Positions 52,588 through 60,430 of a stretch of 64,000 bases of DNA are shown in pieces. Numbering within the stretch: position 1 is the stretch's first letter; every line of letters begins with the position of its first letter. Source of the DNA: an uncultured bacterium (GTDB lineage Bacteria; Planctomycetota; UBA1135; GCA-002686595). Made by a program: the position numbers and the translations under genes. The stretch spans positions 53,428-117,427 of the forward strand of contig CALEMP010000021.1 of assembly GCA_937910685.1 (NCBI GenBank), in the 5' to 3' direction. Below the pieces are notes generated by a model. The model saw only the letters and a program-made list of their open reading frames with translations. It was not told where the DNA came from and did not search any database.

Positions 52588-53463
52588 ATGAACAACGTCA
52601 CGAACGCGGTCAAGCAGAAGATCATCGGAGAGTACGTCAAGACCCCCCAGGGTCGCGCCAAGCTCGCCGCTTCCATGACCCAGCCGCTCCGTACGCGGCG
52701 AGACTACGCCGCCGTTGGCCGCAAGACCTTCTTGGTTGAGCAGCTCCCGGACGGTGCCCTTCCGATCTACGACAAGGATCCCGATGTGACGGCCTACGTG
52801 GTTGGTGAGGAGGGTCAGAACATCCTGGCCATCACCAAGCCCAGGCGCGTCATCTTCCCCCTCTTTGAGATCGCGTCCAACCCCGAGATCCCGCTCACGC
52901 AGATCAAGGAGCGACGGTTCGACCTCATCGAGCGCAGTCAGGATCTGGGCCGTGCTCAGATTCAGGCTGCAGAGGACGAGCGTGTCTTCGCGGTTCTCGA
53001 TTCAGTGGCGACCTCTGGCTTCGACAGCCTTCCGGGTCAGTTGAACCCTGACATCCCGGTCATCGCCCCCATTTCGGGTGCGGTCATCGCGGATGCCTTT
53101 GCGCTCATTGAGCGGCACGACCTCCGGGTCGCCCGCATCTACATGAACGCACGGGACTACGCGGATATCCGCAAGTTCGGGCGCGACATCCTCGACATCG
53201 AGTCCCAGGCCACCCTGCTCAAGACCGGACTCCAGGGCGTCATCTACGGCGCTCAGGTGGTCACGAGCCGACTGGTCCCCGTGGGCACGGTCTACCTGGC
53301 CTGTGAGCCCGAAATGTTCGGACGTATCCCCGTACGCACCGAGCTGACCGTCTTGTCCGCAGATGATCCCCGACGTCGTATGATCGGGTTCTCGATCTTC
53401 GAGAACCTCGGCATCGGCGCATACAACCCTCGCGGACTTGCACGACTCACTGTTACCCGGTAA
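52588..53463 (+). CDS. putative major capsid protein (HK97/encapsulin-like size class)
   Basis: 291 aa. Strong GC3 bias. Preceded by scaffold-like and decoration-like genes and followed by two hairpins/terminators. 'RRDYAAVGRKTFLVEQLPDGALPIYDKD' resembles small HK97-fold capsid/encapsulin N-termini. Confidence 0.6.
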   Translation: MNNVTNAVKQKIIGEYVKTPQGRAKLAASMTQPLRTRRDYAAVGRKTFLVEQLPDGALPIYDKDPDVTAYVVGEEGQNILAITKPRRVIFPLFEIASNPEIPLTQIKERRFDLIERSQDLGRAQIQAAEDERVFAVLDSVATSGFDSLPGQLNPDIPVIAPISGAVIADAFALIERHDLRVARIYMNARDYADIRKFGRDILDIESQATLLKTGLQGVIYGAQVVTSRLVPVGTVYLACEPEMFGRIPVRTELTVLSADDPRRRMIGFSIFENLGIGAYNPRGLARLTVTR

Positions 53464-53476
53464 ACCCGCGTAACAA

Positions 53477-53496
53477 CTAGGTTTTCACGAACCTAG
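53477..53496 (+). other. 7-bp hairpin after the capsid gene
   Basis: CTAGGTT / AACCTAG with loop TTCACG. Confidence 0.6.
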
Positions 53497-53504
53497 CTGA
53501 GTAA

Positions 53505-53545
53505 AAAGGGGCCTTCTGGAGCAATTCAGGAGGCCCCTTTCTCTT
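53505..53545 (+). terminator. rho-independent terminator
   Basis: 10-bp stem AAAGGGGCCT / AGGCCCCTTT followed by CTCTT. Confidence 0.75.
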
Positions 53546-53604
53546 GGAAGATTAAAGCGCCAAACCCTTGCTTTTAGCGATGGGCTCGTTCATATCCTCT
53601 GGGC

Positions 53605-55725
53605 ATGAAAGCCGTCCCTTGTCCGGTCTCGCCTGAAGAACTTCGCTACCTCGTCCACGACGAGAAACTCACCGACAAAGACATTGCCACTAAGTTGGGT
53701 GGCACCATTAAGCGGGTGCAGGCGTGGCGGCGTCAATTTGGGATTGAAGCCCTGCCACGGTGGAAGCGCAACGAGGTGGCCCCGATTGAAGGCTCCCTGC
53801 GGTCCCTGTTGGTTGGCTCCATGTTGGGGGACGGTCGCATCGTCAGGCAAAAGACGGCCTCGTACTACATGGAGAGCCACTGTGGGGCACAGCGAGCCTA
53901 CCTGGAGTGGAAGGCAGCCTTGTGGGCAGGGTGGGAGCACACGATTAATGAGGTACCTGACAAGCGTGGTTACACGCAGGCACGTCTCCGCACCAGGGCG
54001 CATGGCTCACTGAACCCATGGCAGGAGATGTTCTATGGAGACCATAAGCGGGGGTGGAAGCGCCTGCTCCCGAAGGTGGTGGACATGGTGGACGAACTCG
54101 CACTGGCTGTCTGGTACATGGACGATGGACACGCAGGGTGGTGGCCCGGTATCTCCTTCGGCATGGGTGGGTCAAGTTGGGAAGTGGCTTTGGCCATCTT
54201 CGATAAGTTCGATCTCAACCCTCGCTGGCAGCTTCACAAGGGCAAGACGGGCACCTTCCATTTGGAGCGAGAGGATACGGCGGAACGGTTCCTTGAGCTT
54301 ATCCGTCCTCACGTCCCTGTGTGCATGGCTGCCAAATTGGGGCCTTTCGGGTTCCAGGGTCCACACTATCAGGTGCGTCAACGGGTGACTGAGGAGGTTC
54401 TTCGGGACGGGGCCGCAAAGGGCATCCCCATTGCTCAAATGGGGCGGGAACTAGGGGTCGGTGCGTCCACTGTCCGTCGCAGGCTTCGTTCACTGGGGAT
54501 TGACTACACTCCTCCCAAGGGACGCCCCACAAAGGCTACCCCTTGGCTTGGTGACACCCAACCACTGGTCCGTGAACGATCCCTTCTACTGGATGGGGAG
54601 GCTGACAGGATGCACACCATGCTTCAGGGTGGTCTAACTGGGCAGGAGGTGGCTGACCTCTATGGTGTCCACAGGACAACGGTGTACCGAAGGCTTCGGG
54701 GACACCCCCCACTCAAGACTGGTCCCCGGACTAGTCTCACAAAGGAAGTAGCTACCATCCTCCTGAAGAGCAGGTACCCTGACACCTCCTTGTGGAAAGG
54801 CTTGGACCCGGACAGTCAGGAGGCTTGGGTTCAGGATGTCCTGGGTGTCCTTCAACAGGTGAAGTTCCCATACCCGGAGCAAGTCTCAGATGCTGTGAGG
54901 GACAAGACCCACCAGGGTCTTGTCGCCAAGGATACCACCTTGGGTCACTCTTCTATGGGCTTGAAGCTTTGCTACTCCTTCTTCCCCAACCGCTACCGGG
55001 CTAGATACAGGGGGAGGCAATCGGCTTTTGAAGCATGGCACGATGCAGAGGCATTGAGGCGGGCTGTTCTATGGCAGTTTCGCGTTGGTGACCCGGTAAC
55101 GCCTGCCAGGGTTCTAAAAGCCGTGTGTGCCAACGCCCGCACTCCAACCATCTTCAGACCCACCGTAGCAGCAGCCTTGTACAGGAGGTACTGCAAGCCT
55201 GGGGACACCGTTTGGGATCCATGTGCAGGTTTCGGGGGTCGCTTGTTGGGGGCGGTGGTTGCTGGGGTTCACTATATTGGGACGGATGTAGCCCCGGAGA
55301 CCGTCGAGGGCAACATACGGCTGGCAGAGTGGTTAGGTGCTCCGGTGGATGTTCATTTGTCACCTGCGGAGTCTTTCAAACCCCCCCAGGTTCAAATGGT
55401 GATGACCTCACCACCCTACTTCCACCAGGAACAGTATGCCGGTGGGGACCAGTCCTGGTCAGTTTTCGACACCTTCCAAAGTTGGCAGGAGGGGTTCCTG
55501 ACTCCGATGATCCAACGTGGTGCGGAGGCTCTCACGCAGGGTGGTCATTGGGTGATGAACATCGCGGACGTGTCGTACAAGAGGGCGACCTATCCGTTGG
55601 TAGAGTCAGCCAGGGTGGCTTTGAAGGAAGCGGGGTTGGTTGAGGTGGAGACTTTGGCGATGCCTCTTTCCAACCTGAATCGTCGGTCTAAAGGCGAGCC
55701 GCTATTGGTGTGGCGGAAGAAGTGA
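53605..55725 (+). CDS. LAGLIDADG homing endonuclease fused to HTH domains and an SPPY-type DNA (N6-A/N4-C) methyltransferase
   Basis: LAGLIDADG motifs 'LLVGSMLGDGRI' and 'LAVWYMDDGHA' (about nt 53791-54339). HTH-like 'IAQMGRELGVGASTVRRRLRSLG' and 'GQEVADLYGVHRTTVYRRLRG'. MTase motif I 'VWDPCAGFGGRLLGA' and motif IV 'VMTSPPYF' (about nt 55102-55704). Confidence 0.75.
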   Translation: MKAVPCPVSPEELRYLVHDEKLTDKDIATKLGGTIKRVQAWRRQFGIEALPRWKRNEVAPIEGSLRSLLVGSMLGDGRIVRQKTASYYMESHCGAQRAYLEWKAALWAGWEHTINEVPDKRGYTQARLRTRAHGSLNPWQEMFYGDHKRGWKRLLPKVVDMVDELALAVWYMDDGHAGWWPGISFGMGGSSWEVALAIFDKFDLNPRWQLHKGKTGTFHLEREDTAERFLELIRPHVPVCMAAKLGPFGFQGPHYQVRQRVTEEVLRDGAAKGIPIAQMGRELGVGASTVRRRLRSLGIDYTPPKGRPTKATPWLGDTQPLVRERSLLLDGEADRMHTMLQGGLTGQEVADLYGVHRTTVYRRLRGHPPLKTGPRTSLTKEVATILLKSRYPDTSLWKGLDPDSQEAWVQDVLGVLQQVKFPYPEQVSDAVRDKTHQGLVAKDTTLGHSSMGLKLCYSFFPNRYRARYRGRQSAFEAWHDAEALRRAVLWQFRVGDPVTPARVLKAVCANARTPTIFRPTVAAALYRRYCKPGDTVWDPCAGFGGRLLGAVVAGVHYIGTDVAPETVEGNIRLAEWLGAPVDVHLSPAESFKPPQVQMVMTSPPYFHQEQYAGGDQSWSVFDTFQSWQEGFLTPMIQRGAEALTQGGHWVMNIADVSYKRATYPLVESARVALKEAGLVEVETLAMPLSNLNRRSKGEPLLVWRKK

Positions 55726-55934
55726 GTGTGGGAGCGGTGCCACTCATCATAGAGCCATCTCTTCATTTCCGCCTGCTTCTCGGGGGAGCATCCCACAAAA
55801 GGGTTCCTCTCTCGCTCGTTATCTACAAGCCTCTGACATCGTGGACAGGTAGCCAGGTGTTCCCGATGTTCCTTGGGAGTTTCATCCGGTGTGAAGATGG
55901 CCACTCGCAACTGGTCCAGATCTAGATGCTTCAT
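55590..55934 (-). CDS. small zf-HC2 (anti-sigma-like) zinc-finger protein; only minus-strand gene candidate
   Basis: The minus-strand ATG (55934-55932) is preceded by GGAGG with a 7-nt spacer. 'MKHLDLDQLRVAIFTPDETPKEHREHLATCPRCQRLV' fits H-x3-C-x2-C. The 3' 136 nt overlap the methyltransferase gene convergently. Confidence 0.4.
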   Translation of the reverse strand: MKHLDLDQLRVAIFTPDETPKEHREHLATCPRCQRLVDNERERNPFVGCSPEKQAEMKRWLYDEWHRSHTHFFRHTNSGSPLDRRFRLERGIAKVSTSTNPASFKATLADSTNG

Positions 55935-56067
55935 GTCCTTGCCTCCATTCAAGAGACGGTGACCATGCACCCAATCTAAACAACAAGGCGGTTTACACCT
56001 GTTAGGCAGTTCACTTTGGTTCCAAAAGGAGTAGGTAGGGTCGGACACTCACCTGAAGGAGGCCCCT

Positions 56068-56670
56068 GTGTCGGACACGAAAGAGGACTTTGTGAATGTA
56101 GGCATCGTCTCCATGGAGCCTTTCCTCGCAAGGGGCGAGGGCTTTTCGGAGGCTCTTCAAGCTCTCAAGGAGCTGGCTGAGCACACCGGCAACCCCTTCC
56201 TGACTGCAATCATAAATGGCCTGCGGGTTCGACCCTGGCGAGTGCCAACCAAGGAACTCCTTCCAAAGAAGGATGTTGTAGCGCCTTCAGGCTACTCTCT
56301 GCACAAGGGTGCCAAACGGTTTGACACCCCCGATCAGGTCAAGTCAGGGAAGTTCCCGGTGGAGGTAAACCTGACGGCGGCAGATACGACCCCACCTTCG
56401 GGAGCCGTGACCGTAGCCAGAGTCCCGAAAGCGGAGTCCCGGACCCAACTTGACCATCCCATGTTCCATCAGCGGACTTCGATCAGTGACTCGAGTGCGA
56501 AGATTGCCGCCAAGGAAGGCAAGGAGGGCAAGGCAACGTCTTTGGGTGATGCCGTGGACCAGTCGGTAAACGTCTTCCTGAGCAAGGAGAGGCCGCGTTC
56601 CGTGGAAGGTCGAGCGCGGGCGTTGGCCAAACTACGCCACAAGGTAAAGGAGGATCCCTCCCATGGGTGA
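56068..56670 (+). CDS. hypothetical protein
   Basis: GTG start 5 nt after GAAGGAGG. 200 aa. Confidence 0.5.
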   Translation: MSDTKEDFVNVGIVSMEPFLARGEGFSEALQALKELAEHTGNPFLTAIINGLRVRPWRVPTKELLPKKDVVAPSGYSLHKGAKRFDTPDQVKSGKFPVEVNLTAADTTPPSGAVTVARVPKAESRTQLDHPMFHQRTSISDSSAKIAAKEGKEGKATSLGDAVDQSVNVFLSKERPRSVEGRARALAKLRHKVKEDPSHG

Positions 56671-57841
56671 ACCAGCACGTGATGGTGCAAGGGTACAAGC
56701 CCCTGCCCCCCAGGAAGGCGCTGTTCCCGAAGAGGGGATGAAAGCTCCCAAATCGGGCATGGCCAAGCTTCAAGGGGACCAGTTGACGCAATTCCTTGAG
56801 GAGCAACAGAAGGCCCAGCGAAGGTCCAAAGCTCTGGAGGCTGTTGTAGGCTTTCAAGGCCAATACAACTCCATCGCGGAAGAGGTGGAGAATCTCGCTG
56901 GCTTCTGCACGGAACAGAATGTCCTGTGGTCTGCCTTCGGGCGGCACGCAGGCAATGCCTTTCAGGACGGGTATCGGAAACACGCCCTGACATGTGCGGC
57001 ACAGGACGAGAATGCCGCCGACTGGGCTCTCTTCTCCACCGTAGTAGGCGGGGCAATGGTGTCCGTGCTCGCGGACCTGTCCAAGCACATGTACAAGCGC
57101 CTTGGGGAAACAGGGCAGATCCCTGGTTCCTTCAGCACCGCCCTTCAGCTTGGTACAGGGGGTGTCTCAAGCATCGCCAAGGACGGGGTCAAGGAAGCGG
57201 TCAAGGGAGATCAGGCCAAGAAGAAAATTGGTCCAGTCCGCCCTGGGGCTGAGGGGGATAAGGCCCAGCAGTTGGCAGGACCGGCACAGGATCAATTCCT
57301 GGATAGGATGGATGCCTCCTTCGTGGGCACCAGCCAAAGCCTACGTCATGCGGAGGGCATGATTCGGAGGAAGGCCCAGGGGGTGTTTCAAAGCACCTTG
57401 TCAGGACTGGAGGCTGCTGAAGGTACGGGTGGGGCTGAGGAGTGGTTGAAGACCACCATGGCTGAACTTCAAAGCCAGGTAGAGTCCGCCAAGCAGATCC
57501 TGACTACCTGCAAAGCCTTGGTGAAGGAGTCCGAACTTGGCAAGAGCCCCCCTGCTCTTGATGCCGAGGCTTACTCCGCACGTACCGAAGAGGAATGCTG
57601 GTGGATGTGGCTGCGTAGTCTGCGACGTAGCAAAGCTATGCAAAACATGGGGCCAGGGCTTGCCGAATTCAAAAAGGTGGGAGGAGCTTGCCCCTTTGGG
57701 GCGGGAGCCGTGGAACAACGGTTGATTCAACTGGGGATACTAGGCCCTGATGGTTGGGGTTGGGTCACAACACAAGAGGATCTCTCGGAGATCGTCGGGA
57801 GGGCGGATGCTCATGTTCCGAAGCCTTATTTTGGTGAGTAG
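56663..57841 (+). CDS. hypothetical protein
   Basis: 392-aa ORF overlapping the upstream stop. Helical and Ala/Gly/Gln-rich. No motif recognised. Confidence 0.5.
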   Translation: MGEPARDGARVQAPAPQEGAVPEEGMKAPKSGMAKLQGDQLTQFLEEQQKAQRRSKALEAVVGFQGQYNSIAEEVENLAGFCTEQNVLWSAFGRHAGNAFQDGYRKHALTCAAQDENAADWALFSTVVGGAMVSVLADLSKHMYKRLGETGQIPGSFSTALQLGTGGVSSIAKDGVKEAVKGDQAKKKIGPVRPGAEGDKAQQLAGPAQDQFLDRMDASFVGTSQSLRHAEGMIRRKAQGVFQSTLSGLEAAEGTGGAEEWLKTTMAELQSQVESAKQILTTCKALVKESELGKSPPALDAEAYSARTEEECWWMWLRSLRRSKAMQNMGPGLAEFKKVGGACPFGAGAVEQRLIQLGILGPDGWGWVTTQEDLSEIVGRADAHVPKPYFGE

Positions 57842-58076
57842 CCTCACCCTTCTTGTGGGGTGTGGCAAAGCCCCAGACCCATTGGAGGTAATGATCTTTC
57901 TGGTCCTGGCTTGTCTCGGGCTCATGGGGGGCCTTTCAGTCAACAGCAAGGAGGACCGCTTGGTGAAAGCCTTGTACCATCTGGGCATGCTGCTCTGTGT
58001 GCTCACCATGGCATTCCTTGTTGCGGCACAAGGGATCATCCAGCAGCTTTTCTTCATTGCAGGGGGTGGGCGGTAG
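57807..58076 (+). CDS. small lipoprotein/membrane protein
   Basis: 'MLMFRSLILVSSLTLLVGC' (signal peptide plus L-V-G-C lipobox) followed by two hydrophobic helices. It overlaps the 3' end of the previous gene. Confidence 0.5.
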   Translation: MLMFRSLILVSSLTLLVGCGKAPDPLEVMIFLVLACLGLMGGLSVNSKEDRLVKALYHLGMLLCVLTMAFLVAAQGIIQQLFFIAGGGR

Positions 58077-58114
58077 GGCTGCTTGGTTTTTTTCGCGTGA
58101 CCCTCATTTTTGTG

Positions 58115-58143
58115 TTGACCTCCCTGAAGGCTTGAGTTACAAC
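58115..58143 (+). promoter_or_regulatory. candidate sigma70-type promoter
   Basis: TTGACC (58115-58120), 17-nt spacer, TACAAC (58138-58143). T-rich stretch upstream. It lies just after a T7 run (58087-58093). Confidence 0.35.
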
Positions 58144-58493
58144 CCTCCTCGCTTCAAGGGGAAACCCAATGGAGACAACCTTTACGGTGAGGCTCATGGC
58201 GGGCACATATCCGGGGGGTTGGAAGGAAGTTAGCCACTTCCTTCAAATGTCAGGGTCTCCACTTGGAAGGAGGCTGGGGTAAGGAGCCAAGTACCTTGTC
58301 CTGACTGGTGAAACACCCGGTCGAACCCGCAGACGAGAAGAAGGATCTGACACCTTCACTAGACTCGTCACTGGACCTCACTGCGCTGAGAGGTGCTAGT
58401 GAGGAAAGGGTCCACGCTTTTTAAGCGTCAAGTGGACAATGGGGCACAAAGGACGACTGCACTTCACCGTGAAGAGGCCCTTGTGCAAAGCGT

Positions 58494-58529
58494 AAAGCCA
58501 CCGTCCTACCTTCGGGTAGCGGTGGCTTT
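58494..58529 (+). terminator. very stable hairpin with UUCG tetraloop (terminator or structural RNA element)
   Basis: AAAGCCACCG-TC-CTACC-TTCG-GGTAG-CGGTGGCTTT: a 10-bp outer and a 5-bp inner stem. Followed by CGCCGTTCG, which is not a clean U-tract. Confidence 0.55.
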
Positions 58530-58554
58530 CGCCGTTCGTGGGTATTCTTCCCAC

Positions 58555-58770
58555 ATGGAAACTGAAGTCTTCATCGTCACTGCCTCTGGCCCCAATCCAC
58601 ATAAAGCATCCGGCGATGGGATGTACTTCCTGGAAGAGGAAGCTCAGGAAGAGGCCGACCGACGCAATCTTGAAGGCCCAGGCGTCTTCACTGTCTACCG
58701 CATGTTGATCCGTCCTGCTCCCCTCTCCGCGCCTCATGGCTGCGGCCTTGTCGGACACTCACGAAATTGA
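58555..58770 (+). CDS. hypothetical small protein
   Basis: ATG 58555. 'METEVFIVTASGPNPHKASGDGMYFLEEEAQEEADRRNLEGPGVFTVYRMLI...'. The longer GTG-58393 version would read through the hairpin. Confidence 0.4.
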   Translation: METEVFIVTASGPNPHKASGDGMYFLEEEAQEEADRRNLEGPGVFTVYRMLIRPAPLSAPHGCGLVGHSRN

Positions 58771-58804
58771 ATCCCCAAGGAGTAGACACCGGGTATGGCT
58801 GGGC

Positions 58805-59071
58805 ATGGCTCGTGTCCACCTTGTTGAAGACAGCATTGACATTTCTGAAGAACTCCTCCTGGGTGAGTTCTCCAATGCTTTTCGCGTGCTTCCTTCCACA
58901 CGGGGGGAGTGCTATCTGGACTTCATCCTGTATTCAGAAGGTGCCCGAAAGGCGGTTGTGATCCAGCGTGTCCGGGTTCGGCAGGAGTTCCTTGCGCATG
59001 TCACGAGCCTTATGAGTGAAGTCCTTCAAGACAATCAGGCTCTTGGGTCGTTCTTTGAGTTTCAACGGTAA
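58805..59071 (+). CDS. DUF3467-like small protein
   Basis: 'GEFSNAFRVLPSTRGECYLDFILYSEGARKAVVIQRVRVRQEFLAHVTSLMSEVL' fits the DUF3467 pattern. The start is uncertain (ORF open from 58736). Confidence 0.45.
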   Translation: MARVHLVEDSIDISEELLLGEFSNAFRVLPSTRGECYLDFILYSEGARKAVVIQRVRVRQEFLAHVTSLMSEVLQDNQALGSFFEFQR

Positions 59072-59084
59072 GATGCAGAGATAG

Positions 59085-60383
59085 ATGGAGAAACACATGG
59101 CAGACATTCAATTTGAGAGGGGCACCTTCTATCGCTTTCGGGCGTTGGAGAAGATCCACCTTGGTCAGTACCGGCTCGATATCATGCAGGGCGACCTCTT
59201 TGATTTCGATGGGTGGGAGCTGGTCTATGGTGGTCAGAGCTTCAATGCGGCCCCTTTGAAGGTCAAGTTGGGTCCAAAGGGATGGTTCGTTCCCTTTGAG
59301 GACACCTCATCCACCTATGAACCCCAGCCTGCAGGGGTTCAGGTACGTCCTGCGGAGACTGTTGGTAATGAGCGGGGCGCTCCTGTGGCGATGGGCTCAG
59401 CCTCAGCTGAGGAGGGCGTGGCGGGAACTGTTGCCGATTCCATGGAACGACGGATCGCCACTCAGGACTCAACGGTCAAGCAACACATCCAACCAGACCA
59501 TGTGCGGGTTGTGAAAACACCAACATCGCCTGCACTTCAGACACCACAGACTGTAGCTCCTCCTACCCATCAACCGGTGGTTCCTCAGCGTCGTCAAGCA
59601 GCGACCCCGACCGGAACGGTGGATGGTGCTGACTCATTGAGTGATGAGGATCGTGCACGGGTAGCAGCGGCAAATGCGGAGAATGCACGTCGCATCGCTG
59701 CAATCGCCACACAGCCAGTGAAGAAGTCCACGGTCACCAGTTACAGTCTCCAGAGTGATGTTGACGAGGCACCGCGTTCGGCTGGCCCTGGTGGCAAGTA
59801 CGCTGTGATCGCCGCAGATGGTCAGGAGGGTGTGCAGGTCAAGACCTTTGGGAGCGCTGGTGGTGCAGCCGTGGGCCGCACGGACGAAGCCATAGGTCAA
59901 GCAACCGGCATGGACGTGACCAAGGTCACGACAAATCAGATAGAGGCCCGTCTGAAACCGATGGGTGCTCCTGCACGCACCGGGGCAGCGGTGGACACCA
60001 CCCCAATGCCGGTGGCTCAGGCTGCACGTCACGTCTCATCAACTCAGATTCCCGCAGAGGGTAACGAGGCCATTGATGCCATCATGCCGAATGGTGGCAC
60101 CGGGGATGTAGATGAGGCTCGGTCTGGGGAGAATCTTGCTGACCTGCTTCCTAACGCGGAGTATGCAGGGCGTCGAACCGCTGCCGTTGCGGATCCATTG
60201 GCGGAGATCCTCGATGGTTGGGATATGAAGCGGCATTGGAAGCATCGTGTTGAGGAGGCCGTGGACTTCTATGCACACGACGCGGCTGTCTTGAAGGCCA
60301 TCTTTGCAGTGGAGTCCCCTGGTGTGATCAAGAACATCAGCGCAGCACTGACGGCGCAAGGCATCGATCCCCCGACCTCGTGA
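59085..60383 (+). CDS. hypothetical protein
   Basis: 432-aa ORF with a Pro/Thr/Ala/Gln-rich middle. No motif recognised. Confidence 0.5.
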   Translation: MEKHMADIQFERGTFYRFRALEKIHLGQYRLDIMQGDLFDFDGWELVYGGQSFNAAPLKVKLGPKGWFVPFEDTSSTYEPQPAGVQVRPAETVGNERGAPVAMGSASAEEGVAGTVADSMERRIATQDSTVKQHIQPDHVRVVKTPTSPALQTPQTVAPPTHQPVVPQRRQAATPTGTVDGADSLSDEDRARVAAANAENARRIAAIATQPVKKSTVTSYSLQSDVDEAPRSAGPGGKYAVIAADGQEGVQVKTFGSAGGAAVGRTDEAIGQATGMDVTKVTTNQIEARLKPMGAPARTGAAVDTTPMPVAQAARHVSSTQIPAEGNEAIDAIMPNGGTGDVDEARSGENLADLLPNAEYAGRRTAAVADPLAEILDGWDMKRHWKHRVEEAVDFYAHDAAVLKAIFAVESPGVIKNISAALTAQGIDPPTS

Positions 60384-60430
60384 TTCGCTAGTCTTCCGAT
60401 AACCCTCCTCAAGCAGACGGAGGCTCTATC

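Noticed and set aside
55710-55925. 71-aa + strand ORF in the methyltransferase-downstream spacer
   Set aside because: No RBS, an odd composition, and it starts inside the methyltransferase gene. The minus-strand frame has a strong GGAGG-ATG and a recognisable zinc-finger motif, so I favoured that, still with low confidence.
58040-58093. Terminator after the lipoprotein gene
   Set aside because: A T7 run is present, but the only stem I can draw (CCAGCAGC/GCTGCTTGG) has a bulge and a ~30-nt loop. This is too weak to call as a terminator feature. It is mentioned only in the non-coding-region finding.
58310-58340. tRNA-like T-arm sequence GGTCGAACCC
   Set aside because: I could not build acceptor, D or anticodon stems around it. 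Only a 3-bp T-stem is possible. No other GGTTCGAAT-type box was seen in non-coding parts of the window.
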